Shown: positions 1 through 12,411, counted from the stretch's first letter. The stretch: DNA of 64,000 nucleotides from an uncultured Nitrospiraceae bacterium (GCA_963725545.1 CAVRZG010000014.1:733-64732); one strand, 5' to 3'. The notes: generated from the sequence alone by a model not told the origin. Translations and numbers: made by a program.

Positions 1-102
1 TCTGTGGCCTTCAACTCTCGGGATGCCCCGGGATTCAGCCCACCTGCCGTTGCCGTCCATGATAATGCCCACATGTCTTGGTATGCGCCCGCTCAACAGC
101 AT
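1..102 (-). CDS. uppS: undecaprenyl-diphosphate synthase, N-terminal 34 codons (gene runs off window start)
   Basis: Minus-strand translation from ATG at 102 gives [44 protein letters not shown] is the cis-prenyltransferase signature. AGAGGAAA SD-like run about 8 nt upstream. Confidence 0.75.
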   Translation of the reverse strand, partial: MLLSGRIPRHVGIIMDGNGRWAESRGIPRVEGHR

Positions 103-109
103 TTGGATA

Positions 110-1880
110 CTATTTCCTCTTTAAAGGATAGATATAAAGTTCAGTCTTTATAGGATTCTCGCCCTTCATTATGTTGCCCGGCTTGATTCCGAACAGGGGA
201 CCCGTCAATACAATAACAGTATCGCCTGCAACAGTGTAATCGAACAACGGCCCCTGGTATGTCGTCTATAAGCACACTTTCCTCTGCAGAAAGACCAATC
301 CACCGGAGGTCTTTAATACGGGAATTCCTGTAGCCAAGACCTTTCACCATCTTCAGCAAAGGAGTCCTTTCGACCGACAGGATCTGTGAGTCCTTAATGA
401 TCATCCTGTCTTTCACAGTCCAATCCCCCTTGTCGGAACCTATCGATGGAGAATATCTGGAAAACGACGTGAGAAAGCCCCCGGTTCTGGTCCCGCTCTT
501 CCAAAGCCTTAACCCGGCGCCGTCATATATATTCACATATCCCTTTTCATCATATGCAACAGTAAGCTTGCCCCGACTTGCGTCGTCCAGGTAAACAAAG
601 TCATATATATTTACCCCGACCGGCAGTTTCAATTGAGCGCCCTTTTTATATGTCCCGTCCCAAGAGATTTCCGAGACAGCGCCGTCAAAGCCGTCGGCTC
701 GGGAATATGCCTGCCATATCAAGCCCTTATCCAGTCTCCTCAGAAACCCTTTGTCCTGAAATAGGAGTACAAATTCCGAGCCTTTCAACTCATATACGTA
801 TGAGGTGATTTCATCACTTTTCATCGATGTCACGACTACTTCGTCCTTGCCGTTTCCGTTCAAATCAATGGTGTCAAGCCAAAGGTGATCATCAAGACCG
901 GAACTCTTTATTGTAAGCCCGCCCAGTGCCGGCTGAAGGTCCGAGCCAAGATTATAAAACAGGATTTCCTTGCCGTTGCTCAGTACTATCTCCTTCTTTC
1001 CGTCAGCGTCAATATCACCCGTGGCAATGAGCTTCGCATCCACAGGGAGATCCAACTCCAGCGAAGCATCCTTCTTATTCGTCTTGAAGTATTCCTCACC
1101 GAACCTCAGATCTTTTACGAGTGCGGCGTTAACCTCGGTCTTTATCTCTGAAAACTGCATGCCGTCGGAGACATAAAAAAGCCTCTGGAGCAGATCAGCG
1201 CCGGCTGCTCCCTGTTTTGAGATCAGATTCAGCGCCACATCTGCTTTCAGACGTTTTGCCTCGTTCAGGACTTCAGACGGGTTATCAGACTCAAGATCAG
1301 TGTCAATGATATTGAACCTGTCCGTCTCTTTAAGTTTTCTGTGATAAGAGTCGGCCATTTGCCAGTTGGTATCCTTCGATTGACAGAACAACAGATTGAC
1401 CCTGACTTCCGATATCCTAATTTTGTCGCCTTCCTTTGCCGTGCCCTGGACAACATATCCGGATGATTTGTCTTTTCCGGCCTCCTTGATCTCGAGTTGT
1501 CCGATTAGAGACTCCAGGTTTCCGAGAGGCTGCTTTGTAACAGGATGCCGGAACGCGGCCTCTTCTCTGAGGATTGTAAACCGCATGCCTGCCCTTACAG
1601 AATCCTTGGCGCCGATATCAACAGTGACTCTGCCGCCTTCAACAGCAGTTATCTTTCCACTCATAGGTTTAAAAAAAGCCAGTGTTTCATCCCGCATCTT
1701 GTCAAGGGGATTATCCTCAGCGTATGAATCACCATGCATAGCAAAAAGGGCCAGGCAAAACGATACGGAAAGCAGGCATAACAAACAGAGGATGCCCGTC
1801 CTCCCTGCACCCGGCACACTGTATTCTGAGTTACGCTTCGAAATATGCAGATTGTTCGCCTCGAATTCTTTATTATGCAT
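110..1880 (-). CDS. secreted FG-GAP/VCBS-like repeat protein (C-terminus restored across a frame break near 241-250)
   Basis: Track ORF 141..1880. Hydrophobic N-terminal signal-like segment. Repeated Asp/Asn-rich loops ([30 protein letters not shown]). The ORF tail [13 protein letters not shown] looks out of frame, while the adjacent frame reads [23 protein letters not shown] to TAG at 110-112. Confidence 0.6.
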
Positions 1881-1892
1881 TTCCTGTTTTCA

Positions 1893-2622
1893 TTACCTCC
1901 CGACTGCAAGTCTTTCTATCAAAGGATAAGGAAGAAGCTCCTGTCTCATCTTCTCCTGCACCTTCTTTATATCATAAGGTATCCTCACTATCTTTACCCG
2001 GTCATCCTCGATAACTGCAAAGCACGCCCTCGGATCGCCGTCCCTGGGTTGTCCGACACTTCCGGCGTTGATAATGTATCTGCTGTCTGCTTTGATACGC
2101 ACGCTTTCCTGTATGGGTAAGAACTTCTCCGGAGGGGACTTTCTCTATGATAAACGGCTGATGGCTGTGCCCGATAAAACAGATTTTCTCCTCAAAGCTG
2201 TAAAAATTCAGTTCCGCATCCCAGAGATTAAGCAGATAGCTCCATTCTTCGGGCCTGCGTGGAGTTGCATGCACAAAGAATGCGTCTCTGTGCTTATCTT
2301 CTTCTATGAGAGGCATGGATTTAAGAATCTCTCTGTTCTTTTCTTCGATTACTTCGGAAGTCCATTCAACAGCCCGGCGCGCATGTTCATTAAAAAAGGA
2401 CGCATCGGAAAGCCCGATAACCGCCCAGTCATGATTCCCCGCAACAAGGGGCTTGCACCCTCCCGAGAGTATTTCCGTGCATTCATTCGGGTTCGGCCCA
2501 TATCCCACAGCATCACCAATGAATATGACGTCCTGAATCCCGCTGTTTTCAATATCAGCTAAAACTGCCATAAGTGCCTCAAGATTTGCGTGGACATCGG
2601 AAATGACCGCGTACCTCATCAA
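1893..2622 (-). CDS. metallophosphoesterase (YfcE/MJ0936-like), one frame break near 2095-2105
   Basis: Track ORFs 2002..2622 and 1893..2102 are two frames of one gene. Motifs DVHAN, GDAVGYGP, GNHD and GHSH are followed in the second frame by INAGSVGQPRDGDPRA. Confidence 0.75.
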
Positions 2623-3029
2623 GCCTTACCGGCTTCTCTGGCCAGTTTGTCGAGCACCCCGTTGAGAAAAGAGGCTGCTTCGGCAGAGGAATACTTTTTC
2701 GCTATCTCTAACGCCTCATTGATTGTCACAACAGAAGGTATGTCCTTTCTGTGAAGGATCTCATAGGCTGCAAATCTGAGAATATTTCTGTCGACTGCAG
2801 CCATCCTTTTCAGAAACCAGTTTTCAGTGAACTTCTCAATGATCCTGTCTATCTCATCCAGATTGTCCAGTGTGCCCTTGACGAGTCTCTCTGCGAATTC
2901 CCTGATCTCCCTTGGTTCTTTCTTGCCTGACCAGAATTCCTCCAGATCTTTTCGTTCAAGTTCTCTCCTTGTAAAATCGACCTGAAAGAGCAACTGAAGC
3001 GCATATTCACGGGCTTTGCGGCGCTTCAT
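2619..3029 (-). CDS. nusB: transcription antitermination factor NusB
   Basis: 136 aa with KAREYALQLLFQVDF and EALEIAKKY motifs. Lies directly downstream of ribH, a common arrangement. Confidence 0.9.
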   Translation of the reverse strand: MKRRKAREYALQLLFQVDFTRRELERKDLEEFWSGKKEPREIREFAERLVKGTLDNLDEIDRIIEKFTENWFLKRMAAVDRNILRFAAYEILHRKDIPSVVTINEALEIAKKYSSAEAASFLNGVLDKLAREAGKA

Positions 3030-3030
3030 A

Positions 3031-3492
3031 TCATAGCTTTTTCATGAGCTGCGCCATTTCGATGGCTGTCAGCGCAGCATCCCAGCCTTTGTTGCCGCTC
3101 TTGGTGCCTGCTCTCTCGACCGCCTGCTCGATTGTATCGCACGTCAGAACGCCGAAAGCCACAGGGACACCTGTCTCCATGGATGCTGAGGCTATTCCCT
3201 TTGACACCTCCGCAGAGATATAGTCAAAATGGGGTGTTGCTCCCCGTATTACAGTCCCGAGACATATCACTGCATCGTAGACACCCTTCGCCGCCATCTT
3301 TTTGGCAATCAGCGGTATCTCGAAAGCACCCGGAACCCTGGCAACAGCTATATCTTCTTCCTTTGCCCCGTGCCTGATCAGTGCATCCTTTGCGCCGTCG
3401 AGCAGTTTACCGGTGATAAAATCATTAAACCTGCTGAGGACTATGCCGAATTTCAATCCTTTCGCCTGAAGTTCACCTTCAAAAGATCTCAT
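3031..3492 (-). CDS. ribH: 6,7-dimethyl-8-ribityllumazine synthase
   Basis: 153 aa with VPGAFEIPL and PHFDYI lumazine synthase motifs. Confidence 0.93.
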   Translation of the reverse strand: MRSFEGELQAKGLKFGIVLSRFNDFITGKLLDGAKDALIRHGAKEEDIAVARVPGAFEIPLIAKKMAAKGVYDAVICLGTVIRGATPHFDYISAEVSKGIASASMETGVPVAFGVLTCDTIEQAVERAGTKSGNKGWDAALTAIEMAQLMKKL

Positions 3493-3535
3493 ATATTCCT
3501 CCTAAGGATGTTCAAGGATTTCGCATCCGTTAATC

Positions 3536-4750
3536 TTACACATTTTCCAGCATATGACCCATTTTCTTCTTCTTCGTCTTCAGATAGACAATATTCCTTT
3601 CGTTTGGACTTGTCTCTATGGGTACTCTTTCGACAACCTTCAGGCCGTATCCTTCAAGCCCGATGATCTTCTTCGGATTATTGGTCATGAGCTTCATCTT
3701 CCTCACGCCAAGATCAACGAGGATCTGTGCGCCGATACCATAATCCCTCAGGTCGGGTTTAAACCCAAGCTTGATATTCGCTTCCACCGTGTCAAGGCCT
3801 TTGTCCTGAAGTTCATATGCCTTTAATTTGTTCAGCAGGCCGATGCCCCGGCCCTCCTGTTTCATGTAGAGGATTACCCCTTTGCCCTCTTTCTTGATCT
3901 TTTCCATGGCCTTATGGAGCTGATCACCGCAATCGCATCTCTTCGATCCGAAGACATCTCCGGTAAAGCACTGTGAATGGACCCTCACAAATACTTCATC
4001 TCCAGGTTTTATATCCCCTTTGACAAGGGCTATGTGGACGTTGTCATCGACGATATTCCCGTATGCAATGGCGGTAAACTCGCCTCCGTATACAGTCGGC
4101 ATCTTTACCGACGCCAGTCTCTTGACAAACAGTTCCGTCCTCATCCTGTATTTGATGAGGTCTTTTATGGTGACTATCTTCAGTCCGTGCTTTTTTGCAA
4201 ATTCTATCAGCTCGGGCACACGCGCCATGGTGCCGTCATCACTCATTATTTCACAGATAACGCCGGCGGGATAAAGCCGGGCCATCTTTGCCAGATCGAC
4301 AGAGCCTTCTGTCTGTCCTGCCCTCTGGAGCACCCCTCCCCTCCTGCACCGCAACGGGAAGATATGGCCGGGTCTGGCAAGGTCGTCAGGACCGGCCTTG
4401 GGATCGATTGCCGTCAATATCGTCTTTGACCTGTCTGCGGCAGATATGCCGGTGGTTACACCTTTTTTGGCCTCGATGGACACGGTAAAGGCAGTCCCGA
4501 ATGCCGATGTATTATCATCGGTCATCATCGGAAGTTTCAGCTCTTCGACCCTTTCAGGCGTGAGAGAAAGACAGACAAGCCCGCGGCCGTATTTCGCCAT
4601 AAAGTTAATCGCTTCAGGAGAAACCTTTTCCGCCGCCATGCAGAGGTCGCCCTCGTTTTCCCTGTCTTCATCATCGACAAGGATGACCATTCTGCCTCGT
4701 TCTATATCTTCAATTGCTTCATCAATAGTATTGAATTTATGCTTTTCCAT
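3536..4750 (-). CDS. ribBA: bifunctional 3,4-dihydroxy-2-butanone-4-phosphate synthase / GTP cyclohydrolase II
   Basis: [11 protein letters not shown] (DHBP synthase) and [18 protein letters not shown] (GCH II). Start moved to ATG 4750 ([12 protein letters not shown]), preceded by AGGGAG. Confidence 0.92.
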   Translation of the reverse strand: MEKHKFNTIDEAIEDIERGRMVILVDDEDRENEGDLCMAAEKVSPEAINFMAKYGRGLVCLSLTPERVEELKLPMMTDDNTSAFGTAFTVSIEAKKGVTTGISAADRSKTILTAIDPKAGPDDLARPGHIFPLRCRRGGVLQRAGQTEGSVDLAKMARLYPAGVICEIMSDDGTMARVPELIEFAKKHGLKIVTIKDLIKYRMRTELFVKRLASVKMPTVYGGEFTAIAYGNIVDDNVHIALVKGDIKPGDEVFVRVHSQCFTGDVFGSKRCDCGDQLHKAMEKIKKEGKGVILYMKQEGRGIGLLNKLKAYELQDKGLDTVEANIKLGFKPDLRDYGIGAQILVDLGVRKMKLMTNNPKKIIGLEGYGLKVVERVPIETSPNERNIVYLKTKKKKMGHMLENV

Positions 4751-4820
4751 ATTCTGCAGCTCCCTTACTGTGTTTGTATGAATTTGATAATTGATGACTG
4801 CTGATGACAATTAATAATTT

Positions 4821-5471
4821 TCAAATGTATCCGCCCTTCGCCAGGCTGTCCATGAACTTTGCATCTTTATTGATTTTATCTTCTTCTCTGTTAAGAAACT
4901 TTGCAACGTACTTTCCGAGGATATCTGTTTCGATGTTCACGGTATCTCCCGGACCTTTGAATCCCAAAGTAGTCAGCTTTGCCGTATGGGGGATTATTAT
5001 AAGCGTAAAACCGTCTTTTAGTATATCAACAACAGTAAGGCTTATTCCATCTACTGCAACGGAACCTTTCCCGACAAGAAAACGGATGACTTCAGGAGGG
5101 GCCTCGATCTCATATTTCAGCATGTCGCCCGAGTTCTCTCTCGATCTGATTCTCCCTACGGAATCGACATGGCCCGTCACAAAATGGCCGCCCATCTTCG
5201 AAGCAGGCGTCAGAGATGACTCAAGATTAAGACGATCGCCGGGCTTGAGTCCGCCAAGGTTTGTTGCGCGGAGGGTCTCGTCCGAAAGGTCAAAGGATAT
5301 CTCTTTCCCGGTTTTTGCAACAACAGTAAGGCAGACCCCGTTCACGGCAATGCTGTCTCCGAGGCCGGCAGAAGATGCGGTCTTGTCTGCCTTCAGGGAA
5401 AGAACGGCGCCGCCGCTGCGTCTCTTAAGGGCGGTCATCTCCCCCATCTCAAGTATCAACCCCGTGAACAT
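4821..5471 (-). CDS. ribE: riboflavin synthase alpha chain
   Basis: 216 aa, MFTGLI start, duplicated barrel motifs (IAVNGVCLTV / VAVDGISLTV). Confidence 0.9.
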   Translation of the reverse strand: MFTGLILEMGEMTALKRRSGGAVLSLKADKTASSAGLGDSIAVNGVCLTVVAKTGKEISFDLSDETLRATNLGGLKPGDRLNLESSLTPASKMGGHFVTGHVDSVGRIRSRENSGDMLKYEIEAPPEVIRFLVGKGSVAVDGISLTVVDILKDGFTLIIIPHTAKLTTLGFKGPGDTVNIETDILGKYVAKFLNREEDKINKDAKFMDSLAKGGYI

Positions 5472-5472
5472 C

Positions 5473-5820
5473 TCACTCCTCTATATCTACAGTAAAATTG
5501 AGTTCTTTCTGATAAACACCGAAAAGATCGACTGTTTCAGACCACGAAGTGCTGACATGTACCGTTTTATCCGTTACTTTTACCGAGATATCTTCCTCTT
5601 CGAGCGGGAGCTTCAGTTCCTTTGCCCTCTCAAAAAGCATCGTCTTTGTCCGGGCCACATCTCCAAGTCCGATCCTGGCAATCTCTTTTGCATCAGACTT
5701 GAAAGCAGAATATCTGTAGTAGGGGGCCCCGAACTGGAGACCCGCGTAGACACAGAAAACAAGAAGGGCGAGTATCAGGACAACCTTTACAAATCCTTTT
5801 TCGTTCCTCAGCTCTTTCAC
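5473..5820 (-). CDS. hypothetical membrane-anchored protein
   Basis: 115 aa with one N-terminal TM helix (VKVVLILALLVFCVYAGL). Tightly packed between lepB and ribE (4-nt overlap upstream). No motif recognised. Confidence 0.5.
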   Translation of the reverse strand: MKELRNEKGFVKVVLILALLVFCVYAGLQFGAPYYRYSAFKSDAKEIARIGLGDVARTKTMLFERAKELKLPLEEEDISVKVTDKTVHVSTSWSETVDLFGVYQKELNFTVDIEE

Positions 5821-6446
5821 TGTATCAACCTCCCTATCCTGTCATATCGGACCTTGTCCAGTCTCCATGCAGGATAACTTATGTCTTTTGAGAAATAGAT
5901 GATCCAGGCCTTTCCTTTGACATCATGTATGTCGACAAAGCCCCATTCCCTGCTGTCCCGGCTGTTGTCGCGGTTGTCCCCCATACAGAAGAATTTATCT
6001 TTAGGAACTTCAATCGGTCCGAAATTGTCCCTGTTCGGCAGGACAAAGTTGTCAACATGCCTGATATAAGGCTCATTCAGGGGGACTCCATTGACATAAA
6101 TCACTTTATTTATTCCCTCGATTGTATCACCCCCAACAGCCATAACCCTCTTGATGAAGTCCTTTGAAGGGTCCACCGGAAACTTGAAGACTATGACATC
6201 TCCCTTGTGCGGCTCTCTGAATCCCGGCATCCTGAAAAGATTGACATTGGTAAAAGGTATGTCTATAGGAGAGCCAAGCAGAAATTTGTTCACCAGTATA
6301 TAGTCTCCTACAAGCAAGGTTGGGATCATCGACCCTGACGGTATGGTAAAAGCCTGTATTACAAAAGCTCTTATTACTAAAGCAAGAACTAACGCCGTAA
6401 AGATGGCTTTTACATATTCCCATAACAGTTTCTTCTTATTTTCCAC
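5817..6446 (-). CDS. lepB: signal peptidase I
   Basis: SGSMIPTL and GDNRDNSRDSR catalytic boxes, N-terminal TM helix. Confidence 0.9.
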   Translation of the reverse strand: MENKKKLLWEYVKAIFTALVLALVIRAFVIQAFTIPSGSMIPTLLVGDYILVNKFLLGSPIDIPFTNVNLFRMPGFREPHKGDVIVFKFPVDPSKDFIKRVMAVGGDTIEGINKVIYVNGVPLNEPYIRHVDNFVLPNRDNFGPIEVPKDKFFCMGDNRDNSRDSREWGFVDIHDVKGKAWIIYFSKDISYPAWRLDKVRYDRIGRLIQ

Positions 6447-6625
6447 TAATAATTCCTCCTTAATACGTGTATGTGCATATATTTTATATTGTTTAACATA
6501 AAATTAGCGATTCCTGAGTCAATGCAAACAAGGCTGATCCGGACATCTTTCACGGGCAGTCCAACTGAACAGGTGAAAACAAAGCATTAGCAGAACAGAT
6601 TACCGTTCATACCAAGGTCTTCCGA

Positions 6626-7566
6626 TCAGTTCCTTACAGGCATTTCCTGAGAACGAAACACGAGTCCTGCCGAACCGATAATGCCCGCATCACCCATGAG
6701 GGTTGAAGGGATAATACGGGTACGCTCAAAAAGGTCTTTAAAGGCCCTTCTCGATGCTTCTCTGATTGCTTCAGTTACATAAATGTCCCAGGCGCCCGTG
6801 AGACCACCGGTGAGAATTACAGCCTCAGGGCTCATAATATTTATCATATTTGCTATTCCTACGCCGAGATACCGTCCGGCAGTCTTCAGGATCTCCCTTG
6901 ACAGCATGTCTCCGTCCAAAGCCGCGCTGAAAATATCCTCTGCCGTCAGTTTATAAAAATTGCCGTCGCAGTACCTTTCCAGGATGCTCTCTCTGCCCTT
7001 TTCAAGTAAGGAGATTGCCTTCGAGAGGATGGCCCTGGCAGATGCATACGACTCCAGGCAGCCATTATTCCCGCACGGACATTTTTCGCCTTCCGCATCT
7101 ATACTCATATGACCGATTTCTGCGGAGACTCCCAGGATATTTCCATCATAGATAATAGCCTCCGCCGATGCCGGTGCCGAGTGTAAAAAGCACGAAAGTT
7201 CGACAGCCCCTTCCCTGCGCCGGAGATGAGTTCTCCGAACGCTGCGGCATTTGCATCATTTTCGATAAAGACCGGCAGATTGAACCGCTGCCGGATCCCG
7301 TTAATAAAATCTATGTCCTGTATGCCGGGCAGGTTAGGCGATATGAGCACACGGCCTTGCTTCCTGTCTATCAATCCCGCCACACCGAGGCCGACGCCTA
7401 TCACATCATCGGAAAAAAGATTGCCGATGAGCCTGAAGACAGCAGCCTGGACATCATCAGATGTGGGCTCTGATACTTTTCTGACAATCTCCCCGTCCCG
7501 GGAAATAAGGGCGCACCTCAGATTAGTCCCGCCCAGGTCAATCCCTATTGCATATCTCTTATTCAT
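6626..7566 (-). CDS. glk: ROK-family glucokinase, two frame breaks at about 7158-7194
   Basis: Track ORFs 7105..7566 and 6626..7108. GIDLGGTN ATP motif and CPCGNNGCLE ROK zinc motif. The connecting LFTLGTGIGGG segment reads in the third frame. Confidence 0.78.
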
Positions 7567-7777
7567 CTTCTTCCCTGTAGACTTCTATCGCAATCTCGGG
7601 ACACATCTGGGCGCATATGCAGCAGCCCGTGCATTTCTCCAAAAATAAGGGTGACGCGGGAAAGAGTCCCTTCTTGTTGAAACGCTCCTCAATTCCGATG
7701 ACCCCAAGAGGACATGAATCAATGCAATAATAGCACCCCTTGCAGAGTTCCTTGTTTATTACAATCTTGCCTTTCAT
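7559..7777 (-). CDS. 2x[4Fe-4S] ferredoxin
   Basis: 72 aa with two CxxCxxCxxxCP motifs (CKGCYYCIDSCP, CTGCCICAQMCP). Confidence 0.8.
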   Translation of the reverse strand: MKGKIVINKELCKGCYYCIDSCPLGVIGIEERFNKKGLFPASPLFLEKCTGCCICAQMCPEIAIEVYREEDE

Positions 7778-7831
7778 CTTCTATACCGTACAACCTTTTG
7801 GTTCGCCTCTCCACCAAAGGGAGAGAAATGA

Positions 7832-9548
7832 TTATGAAAACAGTCCGGAGATTTTTTCAGATGTCCGGGCAGTTCGATTCGCGCCCTTGCGCCTTTTCAC
7901 ATTGTCTGATGATTTCCCGATCAATTCCTTTGCATGCTTCAGGGAGACCTCGGTTATTGTGCCGCTGAGCATTCTCGCTATCTCGGACAATCTGTCATCT
8001 CCGGAGACTTCTTTCACTTCCACGAATACCCTGTTGTTTTTTTGTCTTTTTTCGACTTTCAGGTGGAAATCAGCCATTGATGCTATCTGCGGCAGATGAG
8101 TTGCGCAGAGCACCTGGTGTTGTGAAGAAAGCTTCCTCAGTTTTTCTCCCACACGCTCTGCCGTCTTTCCTCCTATTCCTGCATCCACCTCGTCAAAAAT
8201 CAGGACGGGAATGCTGTCGTACTCTGCAAATATGCTCTTCAAAGCCAGCATGACCCTCGAAAGTTCGCCGCCCGAAGCGATCTTCATAAGCGGCTTGGGC
8301 TGCTCCCCCGGATTTGCCGAGAAAAGAAATTCGACCACATCAGACCCGTGTGGAGCAATGCCGCCGGGCCTGATATCTATAACGAATTCTGTATGCCCGA
8401 ATGCAAGTTCCTTCAACTCATTTTTGATGAGGGCTTCCATTTTTTTTGCAGCCCCTCTCCTTTTCCCGGAAAGCGAGCCTGCAGCATCCGAAAGCCGCTC
8501 TTCTTTTAAAGCCAATTGGGCTTCATGGGAGTCGAGTTCTTCACCGATTTGCTCAAGAGTCTCCAACTCATGAACAGCCTCATCCCTGTGACGAAGAATG
8601 GCCTCAATACCTTCCCCGTATTTCTTTTCAAGCTTCTTTATTAATTCAAGTCGTTCTTCCACATTGTCCAATTTCATTGGGTCGAGCATCATACTTGTCC
8701 TTGTGATTCCTGAGGACTATAGATGCGTCTTCTACCAAAGGCAAAGCAGACTCGAGCAGATTCTGTATTTCAGCTGCCCCGTGATCAATGGAAGACATGT
8801 CTTTTACATCAGACAGTATGGATGACAACCTTTCAACACATGAGCCGTCAGACCCGTAAATCATGGCATATGCTGTTTCAGCAAGCTCCCTGAGCCTGCT
8901 CAGATTCGAAAGTATTGCGCGCTCTTCAAGCAGTCTCTCTTTTTCGCCGGGGTTGAGTGAAGCTGCCTCTATTTCACCAACCTGGAATCTCAGAAAGTCC
9001 ATCCTCTGGGCCCTCTCTCCTGCTTTCTGCTTCAGAGCCCGTAATTTTTCCTTCAATTCGGACACGTCCAGGTAGAGTTTTTCAACAGAGCGCCTGTCTT
9101 CGTGGAGTTTGCCGAAGGAATCAAGAAAGAACCTGTGTTTCTCGACAGACAGAAGACTCTGATGTTCGTGCTGGCCATGGATATCAATAAGGGACTTCCC
9201 TATCTCTGAAAGGCCCTGCATGCTCACCTGTATATCGTTAACATACGCCCTGCTCTTGCCTGCGGATGAGATCGACCGCCTGATGATCAGACCGTCAGCC
9301 GCGTCTATTCCGATTTCCGGGAGATCTTTAGGGTCCGGCACTTCAAAAAACGCCTGAATTATGGCCTCCTTTTCTCCTGACCTTACGATGTCCGACTGTG
9401 CCCTGCTTCCAAAAACAAGATTGAGGGAATCGACTATTATGGATTTCCCTGTGCCTGTTTCTCCCGTAAGCACATTGAGGCCTTCTTCGAAGCCGACTTT
9501 CAGGTCGTCAATGATGGCAAGATTCTTTATCCAGAGTTCTTTCAGCAT
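7832..9548 (-). CDS. recN: DNA repair protein RecN, one frame break about 8650-8690
   Basis: Track ORF 8646..9548 (GETGTGKSII Walker A) plus 7832..8692 (ASGGELSRVMLALK signature, LIFDEVDAGIGG Walker B). Confidence 0.88.
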
Positions 9549-9597
9549 TCACATAAAGACAGAGCACGGAAGGTCAACAATAAGTATATCCCGGTAA

Positions 9598-9882
9598 TCA
9601 AAGAGTATGTCTTACGCTAAATTCTTCTTCGTCTCCCGTATGTGTTTCCCACTGCACTTCTATATTAGTAACACGGGAAGCAGGCGGGCCGACATGGCAC
9701 TGCCTGATCGCTTTCTCAACGACCTCTTTATCACCTTCAAAAACAGCCTCAACCCTGCCGTCCCTGAGATTCCTGACCCAGCCTTTCAGTCCGAGTCGTT
9801 CGGCAAGTTCCTGGACAAATCCACGATAAAAGACCCCCTGGACCCTGCCGTCAATATGCAGATGGGCCTTCACCTTCTCCAT
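9598..9882 (-). CDS. acyP: acylphosphatase
   Basis: 94 aa with GRVQGVFYR and GWVRNLRDGRVE motifs. Confidence 0.85.
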   Translation of the reverse strand: MEKVKAHLHIDGRVQGVFYRGFVQELAERLGLKGWVRNLRDGRVEAVFEGDKEVVEKAIRQCHVGPPASRVTNIEVQWETHTGDEEEFSVRHTL

Positions 9883-9981
9883 AATGAAAAATTATAGCAT
9901 AATCCGGCACTTTGTGGCCTGACATGCCCGCCGAACACGTGCAATTCACCGATACTAATAACAGGAAATCCGGCGTTGAAG

Positions 9982-10680
9982 TCATTCTCCCAGATACGCT
10001 TTTCTGACCTGTTCATTATGCAGCAAGTCCTCGCCGTTGCCTTCGAGGGCTATTCTTCCGTTTTCAAGCACATATCCTCTATTGGACAGACTCAGTGCCG
10101 CCCGGGCATTCTGTTCGACGAGCAGGACAGTAACACCTTCTCTGTTTATCTCCTTCACGGTCTTGAATATCTTTTGGACGATTATAGGCGCAAGACCGAG
10201 GGATGGTTCGTCAAGCAGAAGCAATTTAGGCGATGACATCAATGCCCTGCCGATGGCAAGCATCTGCTGTTCCCCGCCGCTCAGGGTCCCGCCAGGCTGC
10301 TGCTGCCTTTCTTTCAGCAAAGGGAAGAGCCCAAAGACCATATCAATGCAGGACTGGAAATTACCCTTGGCGGAGAAACCGCCCATTTCGAGGTTATCCC
10401 TTACTGTGAGTTTTGGGAAGATCCTTCTGCCCTCAGGCGCCTGACTTATACCTTTCCGAACTATCTCATGGGGCGGAATGCCGCTGATCTCTTCGCCCTC
10501 AAAGAGAATATGGCCTTCCTTCGGTTTCAGAATGCCGGATATCGTCATAAGCGCGGTGGATTTCCCTGCGCCGTTGTTTCCGATAAGGCAGACAATCTCA
10601 CCCTGACGGATCTCCAGATCAATCCCTCTTAACGCCTCTATCGGACCATAAAAAGTGTGTATATCAGTAAGCTTCAGCAT
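9982..10680 (-). CDS. livF: branched-chain amino-acid type ABC transporter ATP-binding protein (LivF-like), orphan
   Basis: GNNGAGKST, LSGGEQQMLAIGRAL and LLLLDEPSLGLAP. No permease, LivG or binding protein in the window. Confidence 0.8.
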   Translation of the reverse strand: MLKLTDIHTFYGPIEALRGIDLEIRQGEIVCLIGNNGAGKSTALMTISGILKPKEGHILFEGEEISGIPPHEIVRKGISQAPEGRRIFPKLTVRDNLEMGGFSAKGNFQSCIDMVFGLFPLLKERQQQPGGTLSGGEQQMLAIGRALMSSPKLLLLDEPSLGLAPIIVQKIFKTVKEINREGVTVLLVEQNARAALSLSNRGYVLENGRIALEGNGEDLLHNEQVRKAYLGE

Positions 10681-10684
10681 CTGG

Positions 10685-12411
10685 TCAGGCTGCTCCTTTC
10701 GATTTTTGCAGCAGCTTCATCAGTGACCCATAGTCCAATGCGTTCAGAACATCTTTCTTTTCAAGCCACCCTCTCCTCGCTATTGAAACACCGTAGGGCA
10801 TGAAGGAAAACTGGTTCGTGATATGAGTATCGGTACTTATCGCAACACGGATACCCATCTCCCCGGCCATTTTTACATGAATATCCGAGAGGTCCAGTCT
10901 CAGCGGATAAGCATTTATCTCCATGAACGTTCCTGTCTCTTTGGCCGCATTGAGAATCTCCTGCATATTGACGGCATATGCGTCTCTTTCCCCGATCAGC
11001 CTGCCGGTCGGATGTGCGATGACCGTGACATAAGGGTTCTTCATGGCAGATACTATTCTCCTCGTAAGTTGTTCTTCGCTTTGTCTGAATCCCGAGTGAA
11101 TGGATGCGACAACAATATCCAGCTGTTTCAGCACATCGTCAGGGAGATCCATATGACCGTCGCTCCGGATATCCACCTCGACGCCTGAAAGCAGTCTGAA
11201 GCCTTTCAGCTTCTTGTTAATTGCAGATATCTCCTTCACTTCTTCAAGGAGTCTGTCCTCATCCAGACCATGGGCAATGCCGAGGCCCTTTGAATGGTCC
11301 GTAATAGCGATATATTCATAATTCAGTTTTCTTGCAGCCTCTATCAGTTCATCAAAATCATGACTTCCGTCGCTTCTCCTGGTATGAACATGCAGATCGC
11401 CTTTTATATCGTGAAGTTCAACAAGATGCGGCAATCCGCCTGCCATGGCTGCGTCAATCTCTCCTGAATCTTCCCGCAGCTCGGGAGGGATATATGGGAG
11501 CCCGAGTACTCCATATACGTCCTCTTCCTTTTTCCCCCGAGTTTCTCGTTCTCCTTCTCCCTGAATATGCCGTACTCGTTTATCTTGAGTCCGGCCTTGA
11601 CCGCCATTTCCCTCAATCGTATGTTATGGGCCTTGCTCCCTGTAAAATATGCAAGGGCTGCCCCGAAGCTGTCTTCCTCAACAACCCGCAGATCAACCTG
11701 GAGTCCCTCGTTTATGATCACACTGGATTTTGTAGGTCCGTGCATGATTACTTCCTTTGCCTGGGGCAGGTGGACAAAGGCATTCATTACGGATTTCGGG
11801 TCTTTTGATGTGGCAAGGATATCTATGTCCTTCACGGTGTCTTTCCACCTTCTGATGCTGCCGGCAATACTCAGCTTGTCAACCGGCGCCTTTTTCCTGA
11901 GGTGTTCCAGGATATCGTTTGCAAGGGGAAGCACTTTTCCCAGGGGCTGCCTCTCCCTGCCTCGCTTCAGCATCTCTATCCCCTTCAGTATGTGTTCTTC
12001 AGTTTTTTCCCTGATCCCCGGCAGCTTGCTCAGTTTATGTTCCCTGGCAAACCGCTCAAGTTCATTAATGTCTTTTATGTGCAGGGTCTCATAGAATAGT
12101 TTGGCTGTCTTCGGCCCGAGACCCGGAACAGAGAGAAGCATGCCGAGCCCTCCGGGGATCTCCTTCTTCAGTTCTTCATAAGAGTGGATGCTTCCTGTTC
12201 TTACATACTCCTCTATCTTGTCCGCAAGGTCTCGTCCTATACCAGGGACCTCCATAAGATCATCTTTCGGGGTCTCTGCAACATCCCTTGAGAGGCTCTC
12301 GATATTCAATGCAGCACGTCTGTAAGCCCTTATCCTGAAAGGGTTCTCTCCCTTGATTTCAAGAAGATCCGCAATCTCATTGAATATCCCGGCAATCTCC
12401 TGGTTTTTCAT
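10685..12411 (-). CDS. polX: family X DNA polymerase with C-terminal PHP domain (PolX), one frame break about 11405-11445
   Basis: Track ORF 11404..12711 (ENPFRIRAYRRAA, HhH motifs) plus 10685..11446 (PHP GDLHVHT..SDG). Start set at ATG 12411 (MKNQEIAGIF); the upstream ORF extension is hydrophobic junk. Confidence 0.85.

Noticed and set aside
1396-1929. 177-aa plus-strand ORF and other short ORFs overlapping 141..1880
   Set aside because: It lies antisense to the FG-GAP repeat gene, with no start signals and a composition typical of a shadow frame.
4804-5877. 357-aa plus-strand ORF
   Set aside because: It lies antisense to ribE, the 115-aa gene and lepB, all of which have clear family motifs. 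Its translation is Ser/Pro/Arg-rich low-complexity sequence typical of a shadow frame.
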